From Campylobacterota bacterium (GTDB lineage: Bacteria; Campylobacterota; Campylobacteria; Campylobacterales; Arcobacteraceae), in NCBI GenBank assembly GCA_051746405.1, contig JBNJFB010000001.1, positions 64,001 through 128,000 on the forward strand: 64,000 bases of DNA, given 5' to 3'. The translations under genes and the position numbers were made by a program. Under the pieces are notes generated by a model. The model did not search any database, was not told where the DNA came from, and worked only from the letters and a program-made list of their open reading frames with translations. Of this stretch, positions 30,890 to 40,135 are shown one piece after another. The number at the start of each line of letters is the position of its first letter. Position 1 is the first letter of the stretch.

Positions 30890-32490
30890 TGAGTGAAAAA
30901 ATAGATGTAAAAACTTTATTTGATAAAAAGTATGATTATTTAATATATAAAGATAAAATAGATATTGATGATATTGTAAAAGATGAAGAACTTACTATTA
31001 TATGTGCTGATTTTTATGGTATTCAAAACTTTATTTTTGAAAATGTACCATCTTCAAAAGCTTATAAAGTATTAAGAGCAAAGTCTGCTTATGTACAAAT
31101 ATTTACTAAAGTATTAGCTAAATACATAGTAGAATTATTAGATTTAGAAGAAAAAAATATCATATTTAGTGAAGCTGGAAAGATTGAAATATTATCTACA
31201 AAAGTAGATGATGAAAAAATAAAACAAATTCAAAAAGAGCTTGATGAACATTTTATAAAAGAGTTTTTTGCACTTGCTGGAGTAAATCTTGTATCTATAA
31301 ATACTTCAAAAGAAAGTTTAAAAAATCCAAAAGAATTTAAAGCTTTAAGAGAAAAGCTTGATGAAAAACTAGAGTTTGCAAAGTTTAATAAGTTTGATTT
31401 ACAAAATCAAAATACGATTTTAGAACAAAATGAGATGCCTACAAATAAAACATTATGTAAAACATGTGGAATTAGAAAAGTAAAAGAGAATAATGAGTTT
31501 TGTAAAACTTGTGATAAGTTTATAACATTGGGACAAGAACTTACTACAAAAAATAGTATGAGAATATCAAAAGAGAAAAGTAAAATAGATATATTTCAAA
31601 ACTACTTTATATCTTTCAAAGATGAAGAAGATAAAGAGTACAAAAGCTTAGAAAAATTTTGGAAGATAAAATCATATGTAAAAACAAAAATAGTTAAAGA
31701 AAAGATAGAAATTTGTGACTTTGATGACTTAGCCGAAGAATCAAAAGGAGCTGAAAATATAGCTATATTAAAAGGTGATGTTGATAGTCTAGGAAATTTT
31801 ATCAAAGATAAAAGCAATGCTTTAGACTCTTATGAAAACTATATCTATCTCGCACAAACTTTAAACAACTTCTTTACTATAAAAGTAAAAGAGCTTTTAG
31901 AAAAAGACTATAAAAATGCTTATGTGGTTTTTACAGGTGGTGATGACTTTTTTATCATAGGTGCTTGGAATGAGATAATAGAACTTGCCAAAGATATATA
32001 TAAAGAGTTTAAAATTTTTACAAGTGAAAAACTTACACTAAGTGTAGGAATTATGCTAAGTAAATCAAATGTACCAATATCATATATGCATACAAAAGTT
32101 GAAGATTTACTTGATGAGTCAAAGAGAAATAAAGAAAAAGACTCAATCACACTATTTAGTCAAACTGTAACATGGCAAGAGTATATTGACAATCACAAAA
32201 TATTATACGATAAGCTTGAAAATATGAGTGAAGAAGATAAAAAAAGTGCATTTTTTTATAATTTATTAGAACTCATAGAGATGTCAATAAGACTAAAAGA
32301 AAAGTCTTCAATAGATATAAAAGACGCCATGTGGAAATCAAAACTAAACTACTCATTTAGAAGAAACATAAAAAATCAAGATGAAGAACTTTTTAAAGTA
32401 TTAAATGAACAAATAGAAAAAAATCCAAAAGCTACAAAGATGATAGTAAGTGAATTTATTTATAAAAGGAGAAATAATGGATTTAATTAA
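30886..32490 (+). CDS. cas10: Cas10/Csm1 lacking the HD domain
   Basis: Palm1 ADFYGIQNFIF begins at about residue 40; Zn finger CKTC..CKTC; Palm2 KGDVDSLG and FTGGDD; only 534 aa. Confidence 0.93.
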   Translation: MMSEKIDVKTLFDKKYDYLIYKDKIDIDDIVKDEELTIICADFYGIQNFIFENVPSSKAYKVLRAKSAYVQIFTKVLAKYIVELLDLEEKNIIFSEAGKIEILSTKVDDEKIKQIQKELDEHFIKEFFALAGVNLVSINTSKESLKNPKEFKALREKLDEKLEFAKFNKFDLQNQNTILEQNEMPTNKTLCKTCGIRKVKENNEFCKTCDKFITLGQELTTKNSMRISKEKSKIDIFQNYFISFKDEEDKEYKSLEKFWKIKSYVKTKIVKEKIEICDFDDLAEESKGAENIAILKGDVDSLGNFIKDKSNALDSYENYIYLAQTLNNFFTIKVKELLEKDYKNAYVVFTGGDDFFIIGAWNEIIELAKDIYKEFKIFTSEKLTLSVGIMLSKSNVPISYMHTKVEDLLDESKRNKEKDSITLFSQTVTWQEYIDNHKILYDKLENMSEEDKKSAFFYNLLELIEMSIRLKEKSSIDIKDAMWKSKLNYSFRRNIKNQDEELFKVLNEQIEKNPKATKMIVSEFIYKRRNNGFN

Positions 32491-32986
32491 TTGGAATAAC
32501 TATAAAGAATATAAAGCTATTGAAGATAAAGATTTTAAATTTGATTTAGAAAATATCGATGAAAAAATATTTGATATTACTGCAAAAAAATGGTCACTTG
32601 TGATAGCAAATATGAATCATGATGGTAAGCCTGTTGAAAAGAATCAACTTAGAAATTTTTATGATAAAGTTTTAGAACTTTTAGAAAGAGCAGAGAGTGA
32701 AGAAGAAAACTTTAATACAAAGGTTTTACCATTTATTAAAATGTTAAATTCAAAAGTATCATATAGTAGAAATAGACAACAATCAAAAATTAATCTGCCT
32801 TTTGAAATATTTATGACTGAAGCAATATCTCAAATAAAAGATTTAAAAACATTTATACATTTTAAATTATTATTTGAAGCACTTCTTGGCTTTTATCAAA
32901 AAGAGCAAATTAAAGAATGTAAATTTTTTATAAAACAAAATAGAGAAAAATACTTAAGTAATAAAAAAACAAAGGGGAGAAGATAA
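32477..32986 (+). CDS. csm2: Csm2 small subunit (ORF opens at 32450)
   Basis: NQLRNFYD, MLNSKVSY, FKLLFEALLGF; AAGGAG SD before ATG 32477. Confidence 0.88.
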   Translation: MDLINWNNYKEYKAIEDKDFKFDLENIDEKIFDITAKKWSLVIANMNHDGKPVEKNQLRNFYDKVLELLERAESEEENFNTKVLPFIKMLNSKVSYSRNRQQSKINLPFEIFMTEAISQIKDLKTFIHFKLLFEALLGFYQKEQIKECKFFIKQNREKYLSNKKTKGRR

Positions 32987-33813
32987 TGTTATCTAAAAAA
33001 ATTAGAGTATTGACAGGATTACATATAGGTATAAGTGATGATACTATGAATATTGGTGGTATTGATAGTGCAGTTATAAAAAGAGAAATATACGCAGATA
33101 AAACTACTGGTGAAATATGTTTTGACCCCTACGAAAAGAATAAACTAAAAGAAAACATAAAAAAACTTAGTGAACCTTATATCCCAGGAAGTAGTTTAAA
33201 AGGAAAGATAAGAAGTCTTTTGGAGTGGAAATTTGGCTTAATAGATAAACAAATTAAGTTATCTAAAAATGAGAATTCTAAACTTAAAAAAGGTGCAGTT
33301 ATTGACTCTACTTTTGTAAATGCGATAGATGATGAAAATTCTGATGAAACAAAACTAGCAAAGCTTATCATAAAACTATTTGGTGAAAGTGCTGGTACAA
33401 ATAGTAATGAAGAGATAAAAATAACAAGAGCAATTTTTAGAGATTGTTATATTACAGATAGTACAAGAAAACTTTTTTTAGAAGATAAAATCAAACTAAA
33501 AGAAGAAAAAGCAGAAAACAGTATAAATCGTGTGGATATTGGTGCGAATCCTAGATTTATTGAAAGAGTTCCATCTGGTGTTGAGTTTGATTTTGAAGTA
33601 ATTATAAGAAATTTTGCAGATGATAATAATGAACTTTTAGAAGATACAATCAAGTTAGGACTTTTACTTCTTCAAAATGACGCTTTAGGTGGAGGTGGAA
33701 GCAGAGGAAATGGACGAATAGAGTTTGATAGTTTAAAAGAAAATATTGAAGAAACTTTTAGTTTAATAAATAATAAATTAGGAATCAAAGAAAATGGGAA
33801 TGAAGGTAAATAA
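32986..33813 (+). CDS. csm3: Csm3 (Cas7) backbone RNase
   Basis: TGLHIG, GGID (catalytic Asp), PYIPGSSLKGKIRS, LFG, PRFIERVP, LGGGGSRGNG. Confidence 0.95.
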   Translation: MLSKKIRVLTGLHIGISDDTMNIGGIDSAVIKREIYADKTTGEICFDPYEKNKLKENIKKLSEPYIPGSSLKGKIRSLLEWKFGLIDKQIKLSKNENSKLKKGAVIDSTFVNAIDDENSDETKLAKLIIKLFGESAGTNSNEEIKITRAIFRDCYITDSTRKLFLEDKIKLKEEKAENSINRVDIGANPRFIERVPSGVEFDFEVIIRNFADDNNELLEDTIKLGLLLLQNDALGGGGSRGNGRIEFDSLKENIEETFSLINNKLGIKENGNEGK

Positions 33814-34718
33814 TGATGAATCTTCTAACCTTTGAAATAACTCCCTTATCAGATTTTGGAAGTTTCCCTAAAGGTGATATGCTTTTTTCTCAGATGCTTG
33901 CACAAAGTTTTTGGCAAAGGGAAAATACTTTTGCAAACTATTTAGAAGAAAAGCCTAAACTTATAGTATCAGATATGATGCCTTTAGGGTATTTTTATAA
34001 GCCTACTTTACCTTTTAGTTATTTTGATAAATTATCAAAAAAAGAAAGAAAAAAATCTCTTGATAGAAAAGAGTTTAAGAAAAAGGCTTTTATAAAGTAT
34101 GATGATTTAGAAAGTGGAGAACTTTATAAGTGTAAAGAGATAAATTTTTACAAAAAAATAACACAAGGTAAAAACTCTATAAATAGACTTACTTTTACAA
34201 CAAGTGAGGGTGACTTTGCACCATATAAAGAAGAACAAATATCTTTTAGTAGTAAGCTTTGGATTTTTTTACTTGTAGATAAAAGTATAGAATCAAAAGC
34301 TATAGAGTTATTAAAAAGTGTGGGTAAATTTGGTTTTGGTAAAAACTCTTCTACAGGAAAAGGGCAGTTTGAAATAAAACAGATAAAAAATCCTTTCAAA
34401 TTAAAATCTAGTGATTATTTTATGAGTATTTCTCCTATGATATTAAATCAAGATGAAAATATAAAAAGTTGTTTTTATGAACCTTTTACAAAATTTGGTA
34501 AGTTTCATATGGCAAACGAATCAAAAAATACTTTTAAAAAGCCATTGCTTTTAGCTAAAAGTAGTGTAGTTTTAGAACAGATAAAAAAAACTAATAGTTT
34601 TTATTATGGAAGTAGTATTGATAATAGTTCTGTTCAAGATAAAAAGTCATTTGTACAAGGTTTTAGTATAAAAATACCTATAACTATAAAGGAAAAACAA
34701 TGGCTAAATACAAAATAA
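33813..34718 (+). CDS. csm4: Csm4 (Cas5 group)
   Basis: DMLF, VSDMMP, NSINRLT, G-loop GFGKNSSTGKGQF; gene order. Confidence 0.88.
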   Translation: MMNLLTFEITPLSDFGSFPKGDMLFSQMLAQSFWQRENTFANYLEEKPKLIVSDMMPLGYFYKPTLPFSYFDKLSKKERKKSLDRKEFKKKAFIKYDDLESGELYKCKEINFYKKITQGKNSINRLTFTTSEGDFAPYKEEQISFSSKLWIFLLVDKSIESKAIELLKSVGKFGFGKNSSTGKGQFEIKQIKNPFKLKSSDYFMSISPMILNQDENIKSCFYEPFTKFGKFHMANESKNTFKKPLLLAKSSVVLEQIKKTNSFYYGSSIDNSSVQDKKSFVQGFSIKIPITIKEKQWLNTK

Positions 34719-35740
34719 CAGTTTTAACTCCTTTACATATAGGAACAGGAAATTCATATAGCCAAAACTTTAATATGTTATGTAAAGGTGGCTTTGTATA
34801 TTTGTATGATGAGTTTAAACTTGTAGATTTTCTTTTATCAGAAGGTGAGTATATACCCCAAGAAATTGAGAAATTAAAAGAAAAGATAAGAAACTACAAA
34901 GATGAAATCATAAAATCAAATCTTCACTTAAGAAAAATAAAAAATAACTTTTCTTCTTTAGAAAATAAAGATGTTCTTGAAAATGTATCTTCATCAAATA
35001 AACCAATAGTCACAGGAAGTAGTATAAAAGGGGCTATTAGAACGGCTATTTTAAACTCACTACATTTAAAAGATAAACGAAGTAAAGATTTATATAATAG
35101 TCTAAAAAATAAAAATATTAAAAGAGATAGATTTTCTAAAGAAAGAAAAACCGAAGATACTTTTGATAAGGATTTTATGTCTTTATTTACTTATTTAAAA
35201 ATATCAGATTCAATTGAGTCAAACTTAAAGACTCAAATTTTTAAATCTATAAATATCAAAAAAAATAAAAAACATCAAAGCTCAAGAGAAAAAAGAGTAT
35301 TTAAAATCCAAAACAATGTAGAGTGCATATCTGCTAAACAAATGTTTTATATAGATATAAAAGATGAAAGTATAAAAAAATATGGTAAAAATATTTTCTC
35401 AAATCTTGGAAAAATTTGTAATAAGTTTTATTTAAATGCTTTTAATAAAGAAAAAGAATTATATTTTAATCTTTTCTCTTTAGGCAAAGATTTTGAAATA
35501 AATGAGGAATCAAATGACGTTTTTTTATTAAATATAGGAAGATTTTCAGGTGCAGAGATGAAAAGCTTAGATAATTTTAGATATATAAAATACTCTAAAA
35601 CAAAAGATAAAAAAGAATCATCAACAAGAACATTTGCACTTAAAGATGATGTTGAAGATAATGTTTATTTTGAAAAAGAGTTGCTACCTTTTGGTTGGGT
35701 ATTATGCGAATTAGTAAAGGATCAAGATGAATTTATATGA
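34700..35740 (+). CDS. csm5: Csm5 (Cas7 group)
   Basis: LTPLHIGTG, GSSIKGAIRTA, ISDS, IGRFSG, PFGWV. Confidence 0.9.
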   Translation: MAKYKITVLTPLHIGTGNSYSQNFNMLCKGGFVYLYDEFKLVDFLLSEGEYIPQEIEKLKEKIRNYKDEIIKSNLHLRKIKNNFSSLENKDVLENVSSSNKPIVTGSSIKGAIRTAILNSLHLKDKRSKDLYNSLKNKNIKRDRFSKERKTEDTFDKDFMSLFTYLKISDSIESNLKTQIFKSINIKKNKKHQSSREKRVFKIQNNVECISAKQMFYIDIKDESIKKYGKNIFSNLGKICNKFYLNAFNKEKELYFNLFSLGKDFEINEESNDVFLLNIGRFSGAEMKSLDNFRYIKYSKTKDKKESSTRTFALKDDVEDNVYFEKELLPFGWVLCELVKDQDEFI

Positions 35741-36329
35741 TTTATTAAATAAAATATTTGAAATGTATCCGATGGGATTTTCAATTGTTTTTACAATTAT
35801 TTGTTTTTTAGTAATTGCAGGAATTGTTGGAATATTATATTTTTTTAACGGTTTAATTGCCGAAAAAGTAATCGATAGATATTTAAAAAAGTATTTTGAA
35901 AATAAGAAAAAAGAATATGGTGAAATAGTTATGAATTTTGAAAGAGAAAAAGAGTTTAAGCAAAAAGAGGTTTTAGTCTTAAATGATGAAAAATCTATCA
36001 TTTCAAAAACTTTACATACTTTGGATTATAAGTACACTACAAATGAAGAAAACTGGGAAGGTAAAATGGTAATTTTATATTTACCTGATGTTCAATCAAA
36101 TGATAAGAATCAAGAAAAAAGACATGAAGTTTTCAAAGAAAAACTTAAAATTTTAGAAACTTTAGATAGAGATGAACATATCTTACTTATATATGCAACG
36201 TATCCAACTTTTAAAATTGATGGGTATAATAAAGATGACTTACCAAAAAAATATACTTTTATTAATAGTCAATTTACTTTAATAGAAAGACTTTATAGTG
36301 CATATATAATTTCAAATATTAAGGAATAA
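35727..36329 (+). CDS. CRISPR-associated membrane protein, candidate type III effector
   Basis: Overlaps the csm5 stop and ends at the leader; long hydrophobic helix (about aa 17-44), charged helical linker, C-terminal alternating beta/alpha domain ending INSQFTLIERL. Confidence 0.7.
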   Translation: MNLYDLLNKIFEMYPMGFSIVFTIICFLVIAGIVGILYFFNGLIAEKVIDRYLKKYFENKKKEYGEIVMNFEREKEFKQKEVLVLNDEKSIISKTLHTLDYKYTTNEENWEGKMVILYLPDVQSNDKNQEKRHEVFKEKLKILETLDRDEHILLIYATYPTFKIDGYNKDDLPKKYTFINSQFTLIERLYSAYIISNIKE

Positions 36330-36493
36330 CATTTTCCAACCTTTTTAACTAAAGATTGGATACAATACTTATGTAATAGGAGTTCTTTTAAAATTTATTG
36401 TTTTTTATAAAATGATTGGAAAAAAACTTTAAATGTACTATAATTTAGTACTTTTGTAAGATGTAGTAATTTTAGAAGTGCCTGTTTTCTTTA
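36330..36493 (+). promoter_or_regulatory. CRISPR leader
   Basis: AT-rich non-coding stretch beside repeat 1; TATAAT (36439-36444) inside the inverted repeat GTACTA-N5-TAGTAC; the degenerate repeat lies at the opposite end of the array. Confidence 0.75.
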
Positions 36494-38886
36494 GTAATGA
36501 CCCAACATATAGGGGATTGAAATCTCCTTGTGGTAGCTCTTAAATCTACAAGTGATTCAGTAATGACCCAACATATAGGGGATTGAAATTTTTTCCAACT
36601 CCTTTATAACCAATCCTGTCTCGTAATGACCCAACATATAGGGGATTGAAATTTGCTATGAGTTCTCGTATTGTTTGCATACGGTATTGTAATGACCCAA
36701 CATATAGGGGATTGAAATTCTTTATTAACGCTAGTTACAAAGTTACCTAATGTGTAATGACCCAACATATAGGGGATTGAAATAATAAAAATAGATTCAA
36801 ACGGTTTAAGTTTTTGCGTAATGACCCAACATATAGGGGATTGAAATTAAATTTAGCTCTCTCTTCGTCTAGTTCAAAATAGTAATGACCCAACATATAG
36901 GGGATTGAAATAAGTATATTCATCTTCTTCCTTGTATCTACAATAAGTAATGACCCAACATATAGGGGATTGAAATTTAGAAATGAAGTTAAAAAAGATA
37001 TTAAACAAATACGTAATGACCCAACATATAGGGGATTGAAATCTTTTATCCTTTAATTTAAATCGTCCAACTCACCATTGTAATGACCCAACATATAGGG
37101 GATTGAAATTGAATTCTCTGTCGTCATTATCATCTAGGAATATTAGTAATGACCCAACATATAGGGGATTGAAATATTGAAAATGAGTAAAGAAGTAGAA
37201 TTAATAAAGCAGTAATGACCCAACATATAGGGGATTGAAATTCTTTTAAGATACTATTTATATGTTCGTTTCCTGTAGTAATGACCCAACATATAGGGGA
37301 TTGAAATTTCTTAAAATCATTTTTTCGATTTTCTTTTTGTCAGTAATGACCCAACATATAGGGGATTGAAATTATTTATCCAATAAAGCTTTAACATAGT
37401 CAATATGTAATGACCCAACATATAGGGGATTGAAATGAGTCTCAGAAAAGTAGCTTTGAAAACTTAGTAAGTGTAATGACCCAACATATAGGGGATTGAA
37501 ATTCTTATACATCTCCTTTGTTTATATTTCTTAGTTCTAGTAATGACCCAACATATAGGGGATTGAAATTAGTTTATCTTTAAAAACTCTTTTTCCATAG
37601 CAGTTGTGTAATGACCCAACATATAGGGGATTGAAATTTGAATACTTCTTGTTTTTCTTCACTTTTAAACTCTGTAATGACCCAACATATAGGGGATTGA
37701 AATGTGAACCACAACAAGGACAAACTGGTTTACCATTAGTAATGACCCAACATATAGGGGATTGAAATAATACTAACACAATGTTTTGATCATCTTATGC
37801 CTTATGTAATGACCCAACATATAGGGGATTGAAACCATTATCCTCCCTTTTTAATGAAATACAATATAATTGTAATGACCCAACATATAGGGGATTGAAA
37901 CTTTTCTCCTTGTTTTTTTGTATATTAAATTAACTTTGTAATGACCCAACATATAGGGGATTGAAACCTTTCTAAAAGTGCATTATATGCAGCATAGTAA
38001 CGTAATGACCCAACATATAGGGGATTGAAACTTTCTAATAATATACTGACTTATACCACCTATGTTTGTAATGACCCAACATATAGGGGATTGAAACCAA
38101 TATTTATGAATTACATTACCCAAAGTAGTAGCGTAATGACCCAACATATAGGGGATTGAAACAGAAGAAGTAGAAGAAGATAAGTCTCTTCTTTTACTTC
38201 GTAATGACCCAACATATAGGGGATTGAAACCTAAAAGTTAGAAACAGGACATTAAAAAACAAGTGTAATGACCCAACATATAGGGGATTGAAACAAACTA
38301 TTACACCCAAAATCATCTGCTACCCATTTGTAATGACCCAACATATAGGGGATTGAAACATTGATATTTTTGCTTTTTTTTGCTTGATCATTTTTGTAAT
38401 GACCCAACATATAGGGGATTGAAACAAACTATAATCTTGTTTTAGACAGTTAACTATACTGGTAATGACCCAACATATAGGGGATTGAAACATAGTCATC
38501 TTCTGCCCCTTTTTATTAACCTAAATTGTAATGACCCAACATATAGGGGATTGAAACAGAGACAGCTTATCAGCACAGTCTCTTATTAGTATAGTAATGA
38601 CCCAACATATAGGGGATTGAAACTTTAGATTTTCTATCTTAGCTACATCTGTATTATTAGTAATGACCCAACATATAGGGGATTGAAACTACCACCATTT
38701 ATGTATTCCATAAACAACCACCTTTGTAATGACCCAACATATAGGGGATTGAAACTTACATAGAAAAGAAACATTATAAATGTTCCACCAAGTAATGACC
38801 CAACATATAGGGGATTGAAACTAGGACTTTTTAAATTAATCTCTTTAAGATTTGTACGTAATGACCCAACATATAGGGGTTAGAAC
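36494..38886 (+). CRISPR. CRISPR array: 37 repeats, 36 spacers of 33-38 bp; 30-bp repeat GTAATGACCCAACATATAGGGGATTGAAA(T/C)
   Basis: Counted by hand: repeats 1-20 end GAAAT, 21-36 end GAAAC, repeat 37 is degenerate (GGGGTTAGAAC). Confidence 0.99.
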
Positions 38887-39135
38887 ATAGCACCAACATC
38901 TAAAATATAAAAGACAATATATTTAATAAAAAGTTTAAATGTGAATATAAAAGTTTTTTTATTAGATGGCACTATTTTAAAATGATGATTTAAAAGTAAA
39001 AAACAAAGTGATAGAAAGATAAATGCACTAGTAGCATTCATTAAATAATAAATAAAATACCTAGCTTAAATAATTTAATCTCATAAATAGATTGTAGAAA
39101 GTAGAGGTTAATAAAACCTCTATTGATAATCTTAT

Positions 39136-39240
39136 CTACTTTATTAAAAAATACATAAGGTAAGCACTTGTTAAATAGATTGTATTCGAAAGAAAAAAAA
39201 GCGATAGGTCTTCGTATTTATTCAAAATTGTTTTTAACAT
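39136..39240 (-). CDS. Unlisted 34-aa hydrophobic small protein
   Basis: AAAGGA SD, ATG, MLKTILNKYEDLSLFFLSNTIYLTSAYLMYFLIK, TAG, then hairpin TAGAGGTT..AACCTCTA at 39102-39122. Confidence 0.5.
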   Translation of the reverse strand: MLKTILNKYEDLSLFFLSNTIYLTSAYLMYFLIK

Positions 39241-39407
39241 AATCAATCCTTTAGTTATGAATTTATACTGACATGATATATTTTTTTTGTTTTATTTAAT
39301 ACTATTTTATTGTCGATTAATCAATTCATACATAGATTATAAAGATTTTAAGAATAATAAAACCAAAGCCTTTATATACTTAACCTTATAAAAATGAAGG
39401 AGAGATT

Positions 39408-40115
39408 ATGAGTATGAAAAAAGCACTTATTACAGGTGGAAATAAAGGTATAGGATTATCTGTATCAAGGGCACTTTTAGAGTTTGGCTATGAAATAGTA
39501 ATTGTTGCTAGAAGCTTTGAAAACTGTCCTTTAATAGGAGTTGAGAATGTAACTGCAATAGAGTATGACTTATCAAACATAGAAGAGTTACCCTCTTTAG
39601 CAAAAGAAGTGGGTGAAATAGATATACTTATAAATAACGCAGGTTATATGCAACCAAAATACTCTTATGATGCTTATCCAAAAGAGGCAAGGGATCATAT
39701 TATGAATGTGGACTTGTACTCACCTGTTGAGTTAATGAATCTTTTTAGTGAAGGAATGAAAAAAAGAGGTTTTGGAAGAGTTGTAAATACAGCATCAATT
39801 GCAGGTCAAATAGGACATCCTGACGTTTGGTATGGTATTGCAAAAGCTGGGCTTATAAATGCCACAAAGATTTATGCTAAACTTCTTGGAAGTGATGGTA
39901 TTACAGTAAACTGTGTAGCTCCAAGTGCTGCTGAGACTGATATGCAAAAAGATAATGATGAAGCTAGAAAGAAAGCTTTTAAAGCAGCAGTGGTAACTAA
40001 TAGATTTGCCGAACCTCAAGAGGTTGCAAAAGCTATAGTGTGGCTTGCAACTGATTGTCCTGAATATATAAATGGTATTACAATAGATATAAATAATACT
40101 TTTTATGCAAGATAA
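39408..40115 (+). CDS. Short-chain dehydrogenase/reductase
   Basis: TGGNKGIG, NNAG, YGIAK (YxxxK). Confidence 0.93.
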   Translation: MSMKKALITGGNKGIGLSVSRALLEFGYEIVIVARSFENCPLIGVENVTAIEYDLSNIEELPSLAKEVGEIDILINNAGYMQPKYSYDAYPKEARDHIMNVDLYSPVELMNLFSEGMKKRGFGRVVNTASIAGQIGHPDVWYGIAKAGLINATKIYAKLLGSDGITVNCVAPSAAETDMQKDNDEARKKAFKAAVVTNRFAEPQEVAKAIVWLATDCPEYINGITIDINNTFYAR

Positions 40116-40135
40116 AAGAGTTTAAGTGAGAGTAT

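Noticed and set aside
37176..37183. Spacer 11 begins ATTGAAAA, echoing the repeat end
   Set aside because: A 7-nt match in very AT-rich DNA with normal spacer length; likely chance.
37537..37779. 80-aa ORF in the track
   Set aside because: Lies inside the CRISPR array; it is a translation of repeats and spacers.
36524..38857. Self-targeting spacers within the window
   Set aside because: None noticed by eye; an exhaustive alignment was not possible, so this is untested rather than excluded.
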